From contig CM074804.1 of NCBI GenBank assembly GCA_037447605.1, positions 5,557,909 through 5,621,908 on the forward strand: a stretch of DNA of 64,000 bases, read 5' to 3'. Origin of the DNA: Zygnema circumcarinatum SAG 698-1b (taxonomy: Eukaryota > Plantae > Zygnematophyceae). Position numbers and translations under genes: made by a program. The notes beneath the pieces were generated by a model that saw only the letters and a program-made list of their open reading frames with translations, was not told the origin of the DNA and ran no database searches. The number at the start of each line of letters is the position of its first letter. The stretch's first letter is position 1. Of this stretch, positions 59,475 through 64,000 are shown piece by piece.

Positions 59475-62224
59475 GACCCCTTTTGTCGTACCCTAGTCTT
59501 TTTAAAATGGTATATCACATTTGCGTTTGTTCCTGTATCTCCACTAATCCTCCTAATCCTTCTTTTGTTCTGTGCCAATCTGAGTGAAAGTGTGTGACTT
59601 CGCTGTCCTGTGACCCAAACCCTTGTTGGAGAATTCTGGCTTCGTTGCTGAGCTGGAAATAGTACGTCCGTTTTTTGCGCAATGAATAATTGATTCGAGC
59701 TGCTGCTGGAATTCAACTCCCCTTTGGCATAGCGGTCACTCTTCCCTCAAATTCACTTACAGTAATTGTCCATAGTCATTCGAAGAATGTGGGGCGGTGA
59801 GGTGATTCTTGTTATTGATGTCTTTGAAGCGAGAAATGGCTGGTCGAAGGAAGTTAAAAGACCAACATGGAGAACCCGTACTCTCTAGTGGACTGAAAGG
59901 CGTGATCGTCCAGGCAAGCAGACGCAGACACTTCTTTTCTGAAAGAGCGCACGGACAAGAGCTCTTCGCGACACAGTTGTATGGCGATAGGGCATTCCAA
60001 CTGCCCCCCACGGCCGCCAACACCTTCCAACGAACAAAGAAACAAAACTGAACTGAGTAGAACAGCGCAGCACAGCACAGCACAGAACAGCGCGCTGAGG
60101 GTGGCAGTACGGTCCCTGCACATTGGGCGGACGACGTTACGTGTTCAGCCTCCTGGGCCGTGTCGTTGTGCGAAACACAACGCTTTTCACGTCACATGGA
60201 ACGTCCCCTGCTGGCGTCGAGCTCGAAGGGATGGGATGGGATGGGTTCACGGGACCCTCCGACCATCCATCCATCCGACCATGCCGCCCTGGGCAGTGCT
60301 CGCCAGGCTGGAGACCGTACTGTACGGCGAAGTGTTACTGTACGGTCAAGAAGATGCTCGCCACATTGCCTCCAGCGCCTGCCACGTGGTAAGATATATC
60401 AGTTAGCCCCGCCCTAACCAATGTCGACGGCGCCCTGAACCTTGTCGGTAGCACCCTCCCTCCCTGTACGGACAGCCCCCGGCTTGTCGCGACGCGGCAG
60501 GGCCTGCCGACAGAACACCCGATAAGTCGGTCAACTTTCGACCGCGGCTCCCCCGGGCGCCCGCCCGCCCGCCCGCGGCCACCTGGCGGGGGTTGACTGG
60601 CGGCGGCCCACCCACGCCTCATCGCACGTGCGATCCCGAAATCTACGCAGCTCGTTGACCTTGGGCCTATGGCGAGGTGCAGGCGCATGGGCCGCATGGC
60701 CATGGCTATGGCCACCATGGCCATACCCATGCCACTCTCTGTACGGCCGCCGGAACCGCCCGCGTGTCGTCGGCTCCAACGGCACACGTGTGCGCGCACG
60801 GCGCCAGGGGCTTTCAGAGCGGCCCAAAAACCTGCCGAAGCACATGTCGCCCGGCTGCGAGTATCTTCTGGCCGCACTCCGGAAATTCTAGCCTACGTGG
60901 CGCCCTCTGAGTGGGTGGTATCTTAGTGGGCCAATGGGAGCGCTCGGCGCGCGTCGGCTGGACTCCGCCCTGGAGTCGGGCGTCACCGGCGTCACGCACA
61001 GTCGCGCGCGCCTCCGCCTCTCCGCGCGCTGGGAGCCGTCGGCACGGGAACATGATTGCTGCCACGTGGCGAAGCCGCGTGGCGCCGCCCCACAGTCGCA
61101 CGGCCGCGCGGCGCCGCGCGGGCCAATCAACGCGCGCCGCCGCGTCGCACGCTGCGAAAAGGCCCGCGACGACGCGCCTCCCTGCTGCGCCCGCTCTCGC
61201 CTCCCGCCTGCCCTGCTCCCGGCCCTGCATCTGCCTTCCTCCCTCCCACTCTCCCCGCTGACGCCTCACCTCTGCCGCAAGAAAGTCTGGCAGGACAAGC
61301 ACAAGCTTTGCGCGTGGAGTGGTGGAAAGTCGAAGAGGACTCCGACTTCAGCTTGTACCAGGCTGTAGGTGAGCTCCGGAAACATGCTAGGGGAGGGCTG
61401 GGAAGGGCGGGAGTGGCGAATTGGAGAGAGGAGAAAGGGTGCTGGAGCATTTGCTTCTCTCCGAGACTTGATTGGCTTAGGGAAACTATAGGATCCTTCT
61501 CCTCGCAGGCAGCAGTAGCATTGAGTAAAGGAAGTGGATGAAGTGAGACACTTTCGGCTAGAGTATTATTCCTTTTGGAGTCCTTTCAGTTTTATGCCTC
61601 GTCGTCAATGAAAGAAACCTGCAGGATAGGCAATGCGCCCGTATAAAAGAATAGCGTTGTTGGTATTCTGTGAAAGGTAGCTGAAGGGTAGGGAGGAGGC
61701 AGGAAGTTTTATGCAGAGAAGGGTACTAGGATTCAATCGAGACAGGTCCTGATTGAGCAATGTGTGGAAATCTGGAGTCAACAAATTGGTTGTAAAGTGA
61801 AACGAGGACACGAAGTGCTTAAGGATGACAGCGGAATGGAAGAAGATATGTAGTGGCATTGTAGGAACCAGGGCTCCGTTTTTAGTTTTACTGCATGGAA
61901 CAGGAGGGACTAAGAGGGCGAAAAGGCCTCCTTTGCAGGTCTATGAGGAGCATTTGGTGAATGGGAGGCCTGCACAGCCACTTCCACCAATGTGAGCCCG
62001 TTAGTCGAGTGATGAATGCTCAACGTTGAATGTGCCATTTTGTGGCCAAGAAGGATAGCTTGTCCAACCATTTGTGGATTGCAAGAGCAGATTTTTTTGA
62101 TAGTCGATAATACAGCAAGAGGCAAGAAAGAGGAGGGAAAGGAAGTATCTTGGATTGAATAAGGGAAGAAATCCAATGCTGCAGGTCTGACCCGACAGAC
62201 AGCTGCCTCGCCCTTGGAGCAAAC

Positions 62225-64000
62225 ATGCTGCCCTCGTGGCTAATGGGCCCTGCCGTCTGCACCTCTTCTTCTGCGGAGGTATGTTGTGACTGCACACATC
62301 ATCATCATCATTGTTCATACAACTTGGATCACGAAACAACATTGCCATCACGTATTCACGCATCCGTCGGATATCACATTGTGCATGCAGAACCTTCCAT
62401 GGCAGCAAGCACAGCCACACGGCAGCCTTCTCAGCTTTCCCTTTCCAAATTTAAGTCACCCAATGACGCCAGAAGAGTTCACTCGCCTGATCGGCAACCT
62501 CTGCCAGGCCACAGGCATGTCGCCTGCCATGCTCTACAACTGTATCGGAGCTACTCTTGGTGCCAATGGAGCTCTTCCAGTATCAATGCAGCAGCGAGAG
62601 GAGCAGAAGATTCGAGAAGCATCTGCGGAGGCAGGAGCCCAATCGTCCGACGCGCAGTCAGAACTCGCGTTGGGAGACACTCAGAAGCTGATGGGAGGCG
62701 CACCTGGCGAAGCTCACGATTTCCTTGAAGAAGCTGAACTACTGGAAGAAAGCACACTCCTGAATGACAGCTCCACGCAAATATCAGGGAGTTCCTCTGT
62801 GAGAGCCGCACCTTGCCCCAACAAGTTCGGAGGAGAAAGGATTGCCCAGATGGCAGGGTGGGATCGAGTAGGTAGCCACGGCAGCCAGGCTCCACATTCA
62901 CGAGCTGAAGTAGCCGAGTCACCATCCAGTGAAGCTGCTTGGAGTGATGGCGTGAAGTATGACGAGCCCAAACTGGAGAATAGGCTCGCTGAAGCACGGA
63001 GTGTCGTCAGCCATGTTTCCGCAGGAAGGTAGGTTAAAGCGTACTTTGCTTAGCTTTACTCCTCTCCCCCTTCATAAGCGAAACTCTTCCTTTTCCATCT
63101 ACAGCCCTTCTCTGATCGCCCGACCCCTCCCGATTCGCTTCCCGCTCACTACTGATTCCTTTTATTCTGTTTTCATACGTGGCAGCAATGTTTGGTCGCC
63201 CACGTTATCCCCCATGATTTCCCCAATACTTTCCGGGAGACTTCCCGACTTCAGCCCATCATTTGGACCCCTCGAGAGGTTGGCGTCATTCAGTCCGAGC
63301 TCAGCATTCAGCCCACTGGAGAGGGGAGAGACTATTGGAGGTTTCCTGCCCATGGACAAGGCGGGCTCCTTTTCCCTGGCAGAGATATTTACAGATATTG
63401 GAGAGGGAGCAATGCCATCTGTCGGCTCTCCAGTTCACAGTCTATCGCTTGGAAGCTTAGCTGCTGCCAATGCTTCAACATTTCCCACATCCAGTCACGA
63501 CCTTCCACCTGGCTCAGGAATCATCGGGGTTGAAGCTTCAGATACTGAGGCCCTGTTCAAGGGAGATAGGGTTCCCAGAGGTGTCGTGTTGGGGAAGAGG
63601 AAGTGCGATAATCGGTCTGCTTACAATCCTATCCAAGGTGGGCAGAGTCTCTGATGACGAACCCATTCTCGGTTCTGATCCCCTGATGTGTATTGGTGAA
63701 ACTGGCTAGCTAGCTAGAGTACGATGCTTCTCTGACTATATTTTCTTTGAACTGGTTTCTTTCCAGAACAATCTCCTGCAACTGAGCCTCGCAGGGAGAT
63801 ACCTTCCGGTGAAGTAGAAGCCACTCTTGCTCCGAGTCTCCACTTGCCCCAGGCGACTATTGGCCCCTTGGGAATCCTTCTGCGACTTGGATCAGAAGCG
63901 CTTCCCATGAATGCAAACCAAAGAAGTGATACGCCTGCCAAGGAAATGTCTCAAGCTCGTACACTTCAGCAACAGCAGGTGCACGGAGAGAGCGCCTCAA
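62225..64000 (+). CDS. 3'-partial gene for unidentified Ser/Pro-rich protein
   Basis: In-frame splicing 62225-62278, 62391-63028, 63186-63637, 63767->64000 with canonical GT-AG and matching phases; many SP motifs, basic patch GKRKC; probable 5' UTR exon ending at 61368. No domain recognised in the window; start codon uncertain (62225 or 62463). Confidence 0.7.

Overview
This is intron-rich eukaryotic nuclear DNA from a green plant lineage. The plant-type proteins, plant USE+TATA U6 promoter and ~100-900 bp GT-AG introns suggest a streptophyte alga or other early-diverging streptophyte; the species cannot be fixed from the sequence. Gene order: 3' part of DNA polymerase epsilon catalytic subunit (+), ATP-dependent PEP carboxykinase (+), At4g13330-like SAM methyltransferase (-), nucleolin (+), a nested repeat/transposon island (palindrome arrays around a hAT-type MITE with intact TIRs and 8-bp TSD), U6 snRNA (-), an intronless orphan membrane-protein ORF (+), an 11-exon homologue of bacterial DUF1343/NamZ exo-beta-N-acetylmuramidase (-), PIG-P (+), DIS3/RRP44 (-; contains a 1.3-kb duplication bordered by N gaps, probably an assembly artefact), ZC3H15/TMA46-like CCCH protein (+), and the start of an unidentified Ser/Pro-rich gene (+). 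Strongest leads: (1) a spliced bacterial-type peptidoglycan-recycling muramidase in a plant-lineage genome; (2) a second U6-like USE+TATA promoter that may drive an unannotated ~230-nt Pol III RNA; (3) the palindrome-array composite element. Exon models were read by eye and protein identities come from recalled family motifs, not database searches.
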